From: Eledone cirrhosa
Lineage: Eukaryota
NCBI GenBank assembly: GCA_964016885.1
Contig: OZ024740.1
Location: forward strand, 56,172,001-56,236,000
Reading direction: 5' to 3'
Length of the DNA stretch: 64,000 nt
Shown here one piece after another: positions 1 through 10,965 of the stretch. The notes under the pieces were generated by a model, which saw nothing but the letters and a program-made list of their open reading frames with translations, made no database searches and was not told the DNA's origin. Numbering within the stretch: the first letter of the stretch is position 1; every line of letters begins with the position of its first letter. A program made the position numbers and the translations under genes.

Positions 1-3000
1 GTAAAAACCATCCCTCCTCTACCAAAAGTACGGTAAGTGGTCTTTCCCATCTTTTCCACTCTATTTTAAATATGACCTCACTCAGAATAGGCAGCATAAA
101 TGCGCGTGGCTTGGGGTCGTCATGGAAGCAGGGTCACCTGCTCAACGACCTCAGGTCACTAAACATAGATGTAGTGGCCATCAGCGAGACCAGAATCTCC
201 GAAGCACGGGCCTTCGCACCGATCTTCGGCGGCTACGATGTGTACGCATCTCCCAGCCGTCCTGGATCCGGTGGAGGAGTTGCTGTACTTTTTCGGAGAG
301 GTTTGGATCTCGCCATACGGGCCATCTTCCTGGACCCAGAGGGTAAGCTGGTGGTGCTGGACGTGACCAGCGGAGACGGGCAAGCTTTCAGGCTAGTGGC
401 CGTCTATGCCCCGACAGGAGCAGGGCGGCCTGATTTCTTCCGGCGTCTGGAGACCTTTCTTGGAACGTCGCGCTCTTTAGTGTTAGTGGGCGACTGGAAC
501 GGGATCTTAGATGCACGCTGGGACTGTGTGGGATTAGCGGATAGGGGTGGAGGGTGCAAGAGCCTCACCAACCTGCTCAGGCGTTTTGAACTGTCTGACA
601 GGTACCGATTGGATTTCCCGAATGTGCCAATGTGGACTTGGACAAACCGCATAGGGTCATCCAGATCATATCTAGATAGAGTATTTTGTAGGGAAATAGA
701 TAGGTCTAGCATAGGCTGTCCACAATTCAAGATAGTCAGCTACACGGACCACAAATTCGTGATCTGTGTGCTTGACTTAGATAGGCTTCATAGACGAGGA
801 CCCGGCTACTGGAAGCTAAACGCGTCCTTACCAGCGCGCAAGGCCTACAGAGACCGGATTAGCGAACTAGTTAAGCGGGCGTTGACGGGGGCCATCGTCA
901 ACAACAAGTGGTGGTTTGCTCTGAAAAGAGCGATTAGAATAGAATCGATTAGATTTAGTAAGGCTTTAGCAATAGAGAAAAATAGAGCAGAGGGAGAACT
1001 AGTTAGAAAATTAGACGAGGCGCTTAGCAAAGGCATTGCGACCGACGTGCTTGCGGCGAAATTGGCCCTTGACCAATTCTTCAATGCAAAGCACGAAGGC
1101 TGCGTTGTCAGAGCAAGGGTGCGTGCTCTCAGACACGAGGGGACGAAAGCCGTTCAATGGGCCCGAGTGGCGGAGGCGCGTCGTGGCAACAAAGCCACGA
1201 TCCGGTCTTTGGTGGACCACGACGGGCGCATGCTACTCGATCCCGGGCAAATGTGTGAAGCTTTTCAGCGACACTTCGCTCAGCTGTTCGGGGGCAGCGG
1301 CGGGCCGGGTAGAGGGATGGACTTTAGTGTCTACCTCGACGGACTGCCGCGGCTCTCGGCCACTGAGGCGAAGTGTTGCGAAAAGCCGATAACAGCCGCT
1401 GAAGTAAGGGAGGCAATGACTGGCTGCACAAGGGGTAAATCGCCTGGTTTGGATGGTCTGCCCTATGAACTTTACGTACAGATGCCAGACTTGTTCGGAG
1501 GCCTCTTGGCGGACGTCTACTGCAACTGGCAACAGAACGGGAGAATTCCCAGTTCTGTGAGCCGAGGAGCGGTGGCACTGCTGAGAAAGGATCCGAACAA
1601 GGGGGATAACATAGAAAATTTCCGGCCCATAACTCTGCTAAACACAGAGTTTAAGATTTTGGCCAAGGTGCTAGCAAAGAGGCTGGCGCTTGTCGTTGGT
1701 GGTCTGGTGGGAGAGGCGCAGACATGCGCCATTCCCGACAGATCCATCCACGACAACCTCCACCTCATGCGATACATCGTAGAGAGGGTAGCTAGGGAAC
1801 CTGGCACGGGTGGGTCCTTGATCAATTTAGATCAGTCGAAAGCTTTCGATAGGGTCGACCATCGTTACCTAGCGGCAGTCCTGAGGGCGGCTGGCTTTGG
1901 GCCCGTCTTCAGAGGCTGGATCGCTGCCATGCACAGCGACATCTGCTCTGTGGTGAGAGTGAACGGTCACCTGTCGGAACCGTTCAACATCATGCGCTCG
2001 GTCCGCCAAGGATGTCCCCTCTCGTCCCTCTTGTACGTATTGACTCTCGAGCCATTACTGCACAAACTGGAGACGTTGAGGGGGGTCCCGCGCGAACTAG
2101 GATGCGGAAGATCCGTATCAGCATATGCGGACGATGTCACCGTAGTGGTGTCGAACGCCAAACACATCGAGGCGATCGGCACTACACTAAGAGAATACGA
2201 AGCGGTGACAGGAGCAATGATCAACCAGGAAAAGTCAGTGGGCCTGCAGCTCGGCACCTGGAGAGGCAGGTCCATGCCGTCCAACAGCGTCGTCGGACGC
2301 TGGACGGACGGACCGGTTAAATTGCTAGGGGTCTGGTTCGGTCCGGACCTCCAGACGGACAAAAACTGGGACGAGGTGACGAGCAGGGTGGCTTCTCTCA
2401 CCCAGAAATGGGCCGAGAGGAAGCTATCCCTGAAAGGTCGAGCGGAGGTGGCTAACGCGTACATCGCGTCCGTCATCTGCTACCGCCTGACCGTCGTACC
2501 TTGTCCTAAGCCTCGCCTGACTGTGCTGGAGCGTTTGCTCTTTCGCTTTTTGTGGAAGGGACGCGCTCCGATGGTCAGGCGGTCCATCTGTTGTCAACAC
2601 CCGCTACGTGGAGGGCTGGGCATGCCGTGGCTGATGATGCGCAGGCACGCGCTCAGGCTACGACATCTCCACCTCTTCCTCGACGGTGATCAGGTGTGGT
2701 CGCCGTTTGCTAGACGCGTGTTTCCCCAGCTCGTTTCCTTGACGGAGCTGCAGTCCTGGGTCAAGCGAAGACCGAGAGGGAGCGCCTGGAGACTGGAATG
2801 TCTTCAGGCGCTCACAGCCCTCGACCAATCGGGCAATGTGATCGGTGGAAACTCCACCTCGGCGTTCTATAGAGGATTAGTGGAGGGGAAGAGCGACGAC
2901 GTACTTGGGGAAACTCTAGGCGTCGACGAAAATCAACTAGCCAATCTCTTCGGAAGAACTTTCGGGCCAGGGCCTATGGACAACTTCCAGAAATCTCTGG

Positions 3001-3769
3001 CCTGGCAGTGCTACCGAGGAGCCTTGCCAGTTCGGGATAAACTCTACAGGCATGGAGGTGCCGTCAGCCGGGCATGTCCGAGATGCGCGCAGGGCGACGA
3101 AACCGTCCTGCACGCACTCGTCCAGTGTCCGAAAATTGCTGACTTGTGGGTTTATGTCGAACACCTGCTGTCGCGTTTAGGACGGATCCGGCTATCATCT
3201 GAGTCCATCGTGATGATTACCCCGCCCTCCTCCTTTAGCCGGGAAGGGCAGGCAGTTTTTATCTGCCTGGTGGCCATGGCGAAAGAGATAGTATGGTGGA
3301 CACGTTTGAAAGGGCTGAAGACGAGCACTTACCTCTTCGGTGATGCTCTGATTGACTTTTTCAAATTTCATTTGAAAAGGAAAATCAGAGTAGAGAGGGA
3401 AGTGCTCTCTTCCCAGCATTTTGTTGAAAGATGGGTGAGAGAAGCAAGAATGGCCCGAGTGAATGGGCCTACTCTGAGCATATATCTGTAAATTAAAGGT
3501 GGAAAACTGGGAGAGGGCACTTGCCTTGGTGGTCAGGGTCATTGTGGCTTTTTACTGGGCTTTCTCCACAAATGTCCCTCCGAAGTCTCCCCCCTATTGG
3601 GGAATTTTTCATTGTTATTTTTTGTTACATCCTCTGTTTTTGTTTTTTACACGCAGAAATGCCCATTTGTACCGTCCTGCATTGTCCTGCACTGTCCTTA
3701 ATGTCTACTTTATGTAAACCCTTGTGGTTAATAAAGAAATCATTATTATTATTATTATTATTATTATTG
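1..3769 (+). mobile_element. Tx1/L1-clade non-LTR retrotransposon, copy 1 (5' part lies outside the window)
   Basis: The ORF1 end (VKTIPPLPKVR*, 1-37) is identical to that of copy 2. It is followed by intact ORF2, a ~250 nt 3'UTR, AATAAA near 3730 and a (TTA)n tail at ~3743-3769. Confidence 0.93.
72..3491 (+). CDS. LINE ORF2: AP endonuclease + reverse transcriptase + C-terminal CCHC (Tx1-like), 1139 aa, intact
   Basis: APE motifs SINARGL, AISET, VGDWN, YLDRVF, YTDH. RT motifs KSPGLDG, FRPITLLN, DQSKAFDRV, VRQGCPLS, AYADDV. C-terminal CPRC-x8-H-x4-C. Confidence 0.97.
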   Translation: MTSLRIGSINARGLGSSWKQGHLLNDLRSLNIDVVAISETRISEARAFAPIFGGYDVYASPSRPGSGGGVAVLFRRGLDLAIRAIFLDPEGKLVVLDVTSGDGQAFRLVAVYAPTGAGRPDFFRRLETFLGTSRSLVLVGDWNGILDARWDCVGLADRGGGCKSLTNLLRRFELSDRYRLDFPNVPMWTWTNRIGSSRSYLDRVFCREIDRSSIGCPQFKIVSYTDHKFVICVLDLDRLHRRGPGYWKLNASLPARKAYRDRISELVKRALTGAIVNNKWWFALKRAIRIESIRFSKALAIEKNRAEGELVRKLDEALSKGIATDVLAAKLALDQFFNAKHEGCVVRARVRALRHEGTKAVQWARVAEARRGNKATIRSLVDHDGRMLLDPGQMCEAFQRHFAQLFGGSGGPGRGMDFSVYLDGLPRLSATEAKCCEKPITAAEVREAMTGCTRGKSPGLDGLPYELYVQMPDLFGGLLADVYCNWQQNGRIPSSVSRGAVALLRKDPNKGDNIENFRPITLLNTEFKILAKVLAKRLALVVGGLVGEAQTCAIPDRSIHDNLHLMRYIVERVAREPGTGGSLINLDQSKAFDRVDHRYLAAVLRAAGFGPVFRGWIAAMHSDICSVVRVNGHLSEPFNIMRSVRQGCPLSSLLYVLTLEPLLHKLETLRGVPRELGCGRSVSAYADDVTVVVSNAKHIEAIGTTLREYEAVTGAMINQEKSVGLQLGTWRGRSMPSNSVVGRWTDGPVKLLGVWFGPDLQTDKNWDEVTSRVASLTQKWAERKLSLKGRAEVANAYIASVICYRLTVVPCPKPRLTVLERLLFRFLWKGRAPMVRRSICCQHPLRGGLGMPWLMMRRHALRLRHLHLFLDGDQVWSPFARRVFPQLVSLTELQSWVKRRPRGSAWRLECLQALTALDQSGNVIGGNSTSAFYRGLVEGKSDDVLGETLGVDENQLANLFGRTFGPGPMDNFQKSLAWQCYRGALPVRDKLYRHGGAVSRACPRCAQGDETVLHALVQCPKIADLWVYVEHLLSRLGRIRLSSESIVMITPPSSFSREGQAVFICLVAMAKEIVWWTRLKGLKTSTYLFGDALIDFFKFHLKRKIRVEREVLSSQHFVERWVREARMARVNGPTLSIYL

Positions 3770-3982
3770 AATGCCATGGTTGACGGAGGCTCGGCTCTGT
3801 AAGGTATAGTAATTTTTAACCGTTAAAACAATTGTAAATTGTTTAAAACTTGAACCAAATTGTTGATAAAGACACCCTCCTCCTCGTGAGAGGGGTCTTT
3901 CTGTCCGTTATTTGGCCCTTCGGGGTTAAATAACCAGTTATTGGGGTTTTGTACCCAATATTCATTTTAAACAAAAAACAAC

Positions 3983-6080
3983 ATGGCTACGAAAATGAAA
4001 TTTCATACGTCACTCCCACTCATTCCGTCTTCTTCTTCCTCAATCATCACTACAGCAGAGAGAAGATTGTCTCTCTCCCTCCCTTCTTTAAATGTGTCTC
4101 TCTCCCTCCCTTCTCTTTCGCAAGTGACGAAAGAAAAGAAAAGTCTCGTGCAAAGCGTGCAAGGTTTCACCACGACGACGACGACAGCGACGAAACAGGT
4201 GTGCGGGAAATACGAAAACCCAGTTCATTCGTCTGACGTCAGGAATAATAGCAGTAGCAGCCGTAATAACAACAGCAACAGTGACAATGAAAACAACAGT
4301 AGCAGCCGCAACAGCATCACCAGCAGCATAAACAACAACAGCATTAGCAGCAGCAACACCAACAACAACCACAGCAACAGCGGCGGAGGCAGTAGTCGTA
4401 GTACCTGCAGCAACAACAAAAGTACCAGCAGCTCTGACGACAACAACAACAGCAGAGAAAAACCAATCTCATTTGCAGGTATTGCGAAAAACTTGGAAAC
4501 AATCCTCATAACAAATGAGGAATTAGAGGAAGCGAAGAAGATGGTGACAAAGAACGGACACCGAGCAATCTGCAAGGCAGCGAAAAATTTTTTCGAAACC
4601 CAAGAGCACTGTACGGTCACGTACCGTACAGTAAGTACAAAATCCCGTAGGGTGGAAAGAGCCACAGAGGCCCAAATACAAAAAGCCTTGGGGTCTGTGT
4701 GGCAGAGGAAAACGCACATCACCCGAGGCAAAAAATACGCCACCGTAGACGTACTTTTTGCCACACCCCAGGAGGCAAAGGCCCAATCAGTAGTGACCCT
4801 AAGGAGCGAGGAAATGGTGTTGGTGCCCTCCTACTGCGGGCAAAAAAATTGTGAGGGTCAAACTGACCCACGTCCCCCCCGGAATGACCCCTTCTTGGCT
4901 GGCCGCGTCTGTCCTCGTCGGAATCGAGGACAAAACAACTGTACTGCAAGTACAGAAAAAAGTAAGAGAAGATTGGGTCGGCTCCTCCATTGAGATGCTA
5001 ATCCAAACCAACCAGGAGTGCATCGAAGCTATCCCGGATGTGATAGACTTCGATAACGGCACTCAACTGCCCATAAGTGTTGAGGGCAAACGCCCGAAAT
5101 GCTTTCGCTGTGGATCGAAGACTCACCTCAGGGCCTTCTGCAACGAGAAGACCCTGAGAAAGGAGAAAACCCCCCTCCTTCCGAATCCGGCTCCACGGCT
5201 ACCAGCAACAGGACAAGCGGCAACCAGGAACGATAGGTCCGTGGCACCCATACCCACTCCACGGAAATCAAAGACAGCAGCAGCAGTGGAAATATTAACA
5301 ACAACAACAGCAATACCAAATGCAGCTGCAACAGAGACTCCAGTGCAAACATCACCAACAACAACAAGTGAAAGAGTGGAGCTGGTACCCCTCCCCGACC
5401 TTACAGAATCAGACATGGAGTGTGAGGTGGGAGAGGGATGGCAAAAGGTCGCAAGAAGGCACAAACGCAGAAGCAGCGCATCGTCGCCTTTGAAAAGGGA
5501 GGAAAGAAATGAGAAAAGGGTAAAGTCTACTGCAAAGAGACCCACAGCAGCAACACCACCAACACCATCACCACCCACACCAGCACCACCATCACCACCG
5601 GCGACAACCCCACCGCCAACAACACCTTCAACACCACCACCACAAGCACCAACATCGCAAACACAACAACAAAACACACACACCCAGCAACAACGACAAG
5701 AAAATAGCAGAACCACACCCCACCCCCAGAAAAACAAATGCACGGCAATAAACACACACAACAAGAAACTAATGACTTACATAATTGAACACACAGACAT
5801 TTCACAACAGGACTACATAATACCAGCACCAATCAAAACGCCAACTAACATAAGACTGCTAAAAATAGCACAGAAACAATACACAAACATTAAAACGAAA
5901 TTCCCCAACGCAGTTGGTGATTTCAGGGACCTAGGAGGAACCATTAATCGAAGAGTATATTCAGACATTCTCTTAGAAGAGCCGACGACCAGCCGAAGGG
6001 ACGATTCAACGGTCCCTTCACCAGACGATCAAGTGAAAAGGGATGTAAAAACCATCCCTCCTCTACCAAAAGTACGGTAA
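3983..6080 (+). CDS. LINE ORF1 (gag-like nucleic-acid-binding protein), split by a +1 frameshift in the A7 run at 4842-4848
   Basis: ORFs 3983-4993 and 4851-6080 join as ...VPSYCGQKIVRVKLTHVPPG... if one A is removed. It has a zinc knuckle CFRCGSKTHLRAFC, an RRM-like YATVDVLF segment, and Asn/Ser- and Pro/Thr-rich low-complexity tracts. Confidence 0.85.
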
Positions 6081-6115
6081 GTGGTCTTTCCCATCTTTTC
6101 CACTCTATTTTAAAC

Positions 6116-9100
6116 ATGACCTCACTCAGAATAGGCAGCATAAATGCGCGTGGCTTGGGGTCGTCATGGAAGCAGGGTCACCTGCTCAACGACCTCAGGT
6201 CACTAAACATAGATGTAGTGGCCATCAGCGAGACCAGAATCTCCGAAGCACGGGCCTTCGCACCGATCTTCGGCGGCTACGATGTGTACGCATCTCCCAG
6301 CCGTCCTGGATCGGGTGGAGGAGTTGCTGTGCTTTTTCGGAGAGGTTTGGATCTCGCCATACGGGCCATCTTCCTGGACCCAGAGGGTAAGCTGGTGGTG
6401 CTGGACGTGACCAGCGGAGACGGGCAAGCTTTCAGGCTAGTGGCCGTCTATGCCCCGACAGGAGCAGGGCGGCCTGATTTCTTCCGGCGTCTGGAGACCT
6501 TTCTTGGAACGTCCCGCTCTTTAGTGTTAGTGGGCGACTGGAACGGGATCTTAGATGCACGCTGGGACTGTGTGGGATTAGCGGATAGGGGTGGAGGGTG
6601 CAAGAGCCTCACCAACCTGCTCAGGCGTTTTGAACTGTCTGACAGGTACCGATTGGATTTCCCGAATGTGCCAATGTGGACTTGGACAAACCGCATAGGG
6701 TCATCCAGATCATATCTAGATAGAGTATTTTGTAGGGAAATAGATAGGTCTAGCATAGGCTGTCCACAATTCAAGATAGTCAGCTACACGGACCACAAAT
6801 TCGTGACCTGTGTGCTTGACTTAGATAGGCTTCATAGACGAGGACCCGGTTACTGGAAGCTAAACGCGTCCTTACCAGCGCGCAAGGCCTACAGAGACCG
6901 GATTAGCGAACTAGTTAAGCGGGCGTTGACGGGGGCCATCGTCAACAACAAGTGGTGGTTTGCTCTGAAAAGAGCGATTAGAATAGAATCGATTAGGTTT
7001 AGTAAGGCTTTAGCAATAGAGAAAAATAGAGCAGAGGGAGAACTAGTTAGAAAATTAGACGAGGCGCTTAGCAAAGGCATTGCGACCGACGTGCTTGCGG
7101 CGAAATTGGCCCTTGACCAATTCTTCAATGCAAAGCACGAAGGCTGCGTTGTCAGAGCTAGGGTGCGTGCTCTCAGACACGAGGGGACGAAAGCCGTTCA
7201 ATGGGCCCGAGTGGCGGAGGCGCGTCGTGGCAACAAAGCCACGATCCGGTCTTTGGTGGACCACGACGGGCGCATGCTACTCGATCCCGGGCAAATGTGT
7301 GAAGCTTTTCAGCGACACTTCGCTCAGCTGTTCGGGGGCAGCGGCGGGCCGGGTAGAGGGATGGACTTTAGTGTCTACCTCGACGGACTGCCGCGGCTCT
7401 CGGCCACTGAGGCGAGGTGTTGCGAAAAGCCGATAACAGCCGCTGAAGTACGGGAGGCAATGACTGGCTGCACAAGGGGTAAATCGCCTGGTTTGGATGG
7501 TCTGCCCTATGAACTTTACGTACAGATGCCAGACTTGTTCGGAGGCCTCTTGGCGGACGTCTACTGCAACTGGCAACAGAACGGGAGAATTCCCAGTTCT
7601 GTGAGCCGAGGAGCGGTGGCACTGCTGAGAAAGGATCCGAACAAGGGGGATAACATAGACAATTTCCGGCCCATAACTCTGCTAAACACAGAGTTTAAGA
7701 TTTTGGCCAAGGTGCTAGCAAAGAGGTTGGCGCTTGTCGTTGGTGGTCTGGTGGGAGAGGCGCAGACATGCGCCATTCCCGACAGATCCATCCACGACAA
7801 CCTCCACCTCATGCGATACATCGTAGAGAGGGTAGCTAGGGAACCTGGCACGGGTGGGTCCTTGATCAATTTAGATCAGTCGAAAGCTTTCGATAGGGTC
7901 GACCATCGTTACCTAGCGGCAGTCCTGAGGGCGGCTGGCTTTGGGCCCGTCTTCAGAGGCTGGATCGCTGCCATGCACAGCGACATCTGCTCTGTGGTGA
8001 GAGTGAACGGTCACCTGTCGGAACCGTTCAACATCATGCGCTCGGTCCGCCAAGGATGTCCCCTCTCGTCCCTCTTGTACGTATTGACTCTCGAGCCATT
8101 ACTGCACAAACTGGAGACGTTGAGGGGAGTCCCGCGCGAACTAGGATGCGGAAGATCCGTGTCAGCATATGCGGACGATGTCACCGTAGTGGTGTCGAAC
8201 GCCAAACACATCGAGGCGATCGGCACTACACTAAGAGAATACGAAGCGGTGACAGGAGCAATGATCAACCAGGAAAAGTCAGTGGGCCTGCAGCTCGGCA
8301 CCTGGAGAGGCAGGTCCATGCCGTCCAACAGCGTCGTCGGGCGCTGGACGGACGGACCGGTTAAATTGCTAGGGGTCTGGTTCGGTCCGGACCTCCAGAC
8401 GGACAAAAACTGGGACGAGGTGACGAGCAGGGTGGCTTCTCTCACCCAGAAATGGGCGGAGAGGAAGCTATCCCTGAAAGGTCGAGCGGAGGTGGCTAAC
8501 GCGTACATCGCGTCTGTCATCTGCTACCGCCTAACCGTCGTACCTTGTCCTAAGCCTCGCCTGACTGCGCTGGAGCGTTTGCTCTTTCGCTTTTTGTGGA
8601 AGGGACGTGCTCCGATGGTCAGGCGGTCCATCTGTTGTCAACACCCGCTACGTGGAGGGCTGGGCATGCCGTGGCTGATGATGCGCAGGCACGCGCTCAG
8701 GCTACGACATCTCCACCTCTTCCTCGACGGTGATCAGGTGTGGTCGCCGTTTGCTAGACGCGTTTTTCCCCAGCTCGTTTCCTTGACGGAGCTGCAGTCC
8801 TGGGTCAAGCGAAGACCGAGAGGGAGCGCCTGGAGACTGGAATGTCTTCAGGCGCTCACAGCCCTCGACCAATCGGGCAATGTGATCGGTGGAAGCTCCA
8901 CCTCGGCGTTCTATAGAGGATTAGTGGAGGGGAAGAGCGACGACGTACTTGGGGAAACTCTAGGCGTCGACGAAAATCAACTAGCCAATCTCTTCGGAAG
9001 AACTTTCGGGCCGGGGCCTATGGACAACTTCCAGAAATCTCTGGCCTGGCAGTGCTACCGAGGAGCCTTGCCAGTTCGGGATAAACTCTACAGGCATGGA

Positions 9101-9535
9101 GGTGCCGTCAGCCGGGCATGTCCGAGATGCGCGCAGGGCGACGAAACCGTCCTGCACGCACTCGTCCAGTGTCCGAAAATTGCTGACTTGTGGGTTTATG
9201 TCGAACACCTGCTGTCGCGTTTAGGACGGATCCAGCTATCATCTGAGTCTATCGTGAGGATTGCCCCGCCCTCCTCCTTTAGCCGGGAAGGGCAGGCAGT
9301 TTTTATCTGTCTGGTGGCCATGGCGAAAGAGATAGTATGGTGGACACGTTTGAAAGGGCTGAAGACGAGCACTTACCTCTTCGGTGATGCTCTGATTGAC
9401 TTTTTCAAATTTCATTTGAAAAGGAAAATCAGAGTAGAGAAGGAAGTGCTCTCTTCCCAGCATTTTGTTGAAAGATGGGTGAGAGAAGCAAGAATGGCCC
9501 GAGTGAATGGGCCGACTCTGAGTATATATCTGTAA
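6116..9535 (+). CDS. LINE ORF2 (APE + RT + CCHC), 1139 aa, intact
   Basis: Same motifs as 72-3491; I count 9 amino-acid differences between the two copies. Confidence 0.97.
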   Translation: MTSLRIGSINARGLGSSWKQGHLLNDLRSLNIDVVAISETRISEARAFAPIFGGYDVYASPSRPGSGGGVAVLFRRGLDLAIRAIFLDPEGKLVVLDVTSGDGQAFRLVAVYAPTGAGRPDFFRRLETFLGTSRSLVLVGDWNGILDARWDCVGLADRGGGCKSLTNLLRRFELSDRYRLDFPNVPMWTWTNRIGSSRSYLDRVFCREIDRSSIGCPQFKIVSYTDHKFVTCVLDLDRLHRRGPGYWKLNASLPARKAYRDRISELVKRALTGAIVNNKWWFALKRAIRIESIRFSKALAIEKNRAEGELVRKLDEALSKGIATDVLAAKLALDQFFNAKHEGCVVRARVRALRHEGTKAVQWARVAEARRGNKATIRSLVDHDGRMLLDPGQMCEAFQRHFAQLFGGSGGPGRGMDFSVYLDGLPRLSATEARCCEKPITAAEVREAMTGCTRGKSPGLDGLPYELYVQMPDLFGGLLADVYCNWQQNGRIPSSVSRGAVALLRKDPNKGDNIDNFRPITLLNTEFKILAKVLAKRLALVVGGLVGEAQTCAIPDRSIHDNLHLMRYIVERVAREPGTGGSLINLDQSKAFDRVDHRYLAAVLRAAGFGPVFRGWIAAMHSDICSVVRVNGHLSEPFNIMRSVRQGCPLSSLLYVLTLEPLLHKLETLRGVPRELGCGRSVSAYADDVTVVVSNAKHIEAIGTTLREYEAVTGAMINQEKSVGLQLGTWRGRSMPSNSVVGRWTDGPVKLLGVWFGPDLQTDKNWDEVTSRVASLTQKWAERKLSLKGRAEVANAYIASVICYRLTVVPCPKPRLTALERLLFRFLWKGRAPMVRRSICCQHPLRGGLGMPWLMMRRHALRLRHLHLFLDGDQVWSPFARRVFPQLVSLTELQSWVKRRPRGSAWRLECLQALTALDQSGNVIGGSSTSAFYRGLVEGKSDDVLGETLGVDENQLANLFGRTFGPGPMDNFQKSLAWQCYRGALPVRDKLYRHGGAVSRACPRCAQGDETVLHALVQCPKIADLWVYVEHLLSRLGRIQLSSESIVRIAPPSSFSREGQAVFICLVAMAKEIVWWTRLKGLKTSTYLFGDALIDFFKFHLKRKIRVEKEVLSSQHFVERWVREARMARVNGPTLSIYL

Positions 9536-9795
9536 ACTAAAGGTGGAAAACTGGGAGAGGGCACTTGCCTTGGTGGTCAGGGTCATTGTGGCTTTTTACT
9601 GGGCTTTCTCCACAAATGTCCCTCCGAAGTCTCCCCCCTATTGGGGAATTTTTCATTGTTATTTTCATTGTTATTTTTGTTACATCCTCTGTTTTTGTTT
9701 TTTTACACGCAGAAATGCCCATTTGTACCGTCCTGCATTGTCCTGCACTGTCCTTAATGTCTACTTTATGTAAACCCTTGTGGTTAATAAAGAAA

Positions 9796-9844
<49 letters not shown>

Positions 9845-9970
9845 CACAGTGTTCTGTTTCTGATCTATTGTAAATTATCTAGCTCCAGGGTAGAAAAGAA
9901 TGTTTGACAAGGAAAACTAACTCACGATGTATGAATAAATGTATCCGGCACATTGTCACTATCTATCTAA

Positions 9971-10064
<94 letters not shown>

Positions 10065-10101
10065 GTATATATGTATATATATATGTGTATATATATATAT
10101 G

Positions 10102-10132
<31 letters not shown>

Positions 10133-10241
10133 TTATATATATATACACACACACACATATATATATATATAATATTATATATGTGTGTGTAACGTTAACA
10201 CGTTAAGAGCGAAAAGAAATTTTGTCTTAGATATACATATA

Positions 10242-10331
<90 letters not shown>

Positions 10332-10384
10332 TATACATATATACACACACATATATATATATATATACATATATATACATATAT

Positions 10385-10416
<32 letters not shown>

Positions 10417-10480
10417 GTGTGTCTGTGTGCGCATGCGTATGTGTGTGTTCGCGTGCGAATTTATATATGCGTGTGTGAGT
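9971..10480. repeat. Compound (CT)n/(TA)n/(CA)n microsatellite block
   Basis: Read directly; similar blocks at 10855-10960, 11840-11975, 12170-12307, 15500-15675, 22548-22602, 39545-39632, 46225-46627 and 63688-63945. Confidence 0.95.
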
Positions 10481-10882
10481 TTACACATAATGAATACAAA
10501 AGAATAAATCAGATCTCACGTCTGAATATTGAAGTCATGCAATAATACACTACTCTGATGTTTTTCTAATATAGTAAAATATCTGCGTTTTATCAGGGAC
10601 GTGGAAAAATAAGAACAAGTATTACAAAGTAAGGGTGGAAATTTCCTTCATTTTCTTTCTGTATATGTTTGTATATCAAATTGCTGATTTCTCGATGTCT
10701 ATAACGTCTGAATCACTTTCGGAAAACCTTTATCCAAGGAATAACTGTGATCGACGACATTCTTCAACATTTCTCTCATCAATCTCGTTCTTTCCCGTTT
10801 CACTCTATTTTTGCTTTCTCTCTTCACTCTTCTTTCCCTGCCTCTCTATCTGTTCCTCTCTCTCTCTCTCTGTATATATATA

Positions 10883-10965
<83 letters not shown>

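Larger units (their letters stand above)
3770..9843 (+). mobile_element. Full-length Tx1/L1-clade LINE, copy 2 (~6.07 kb)
   Basis: Starts immediately after the (TTA)n tail of copy 1. Contains a 213 nt 5'UTR, ORF1, a 35 nt spacer, ORF2, a 3'UTR with AATAAA and a (TTA)n tail at ~9799-9843. Confidence 0.95.

Noticed and set aside
3868-3900. HDV-like ribozyme in the Tx1 5'UTR (TCCTCGT resembles L3)
   Set aside because: I could not build P1, P2 and P3 with correct spacing; a simple hairpin explains the segment.
4842-4850. Programmed -1 ribosomal frameshift at A AAA AAT
   Set aside because: Joining the ORF1 halves needs a +1 shift, not -1.
122-9586. Short overlapping and antisense ORFs within the Tx1 copies
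   Set aside because: Shadows of the GC-rich ORF1/ORF2 with no recognisable motifs.
1-9843. Tandem LINE pair as an assembly duplication
   Set aside because: The copies differ at scattered synonymous and non-synonymous sites, by a small 3'UTR duplication and in tail length.
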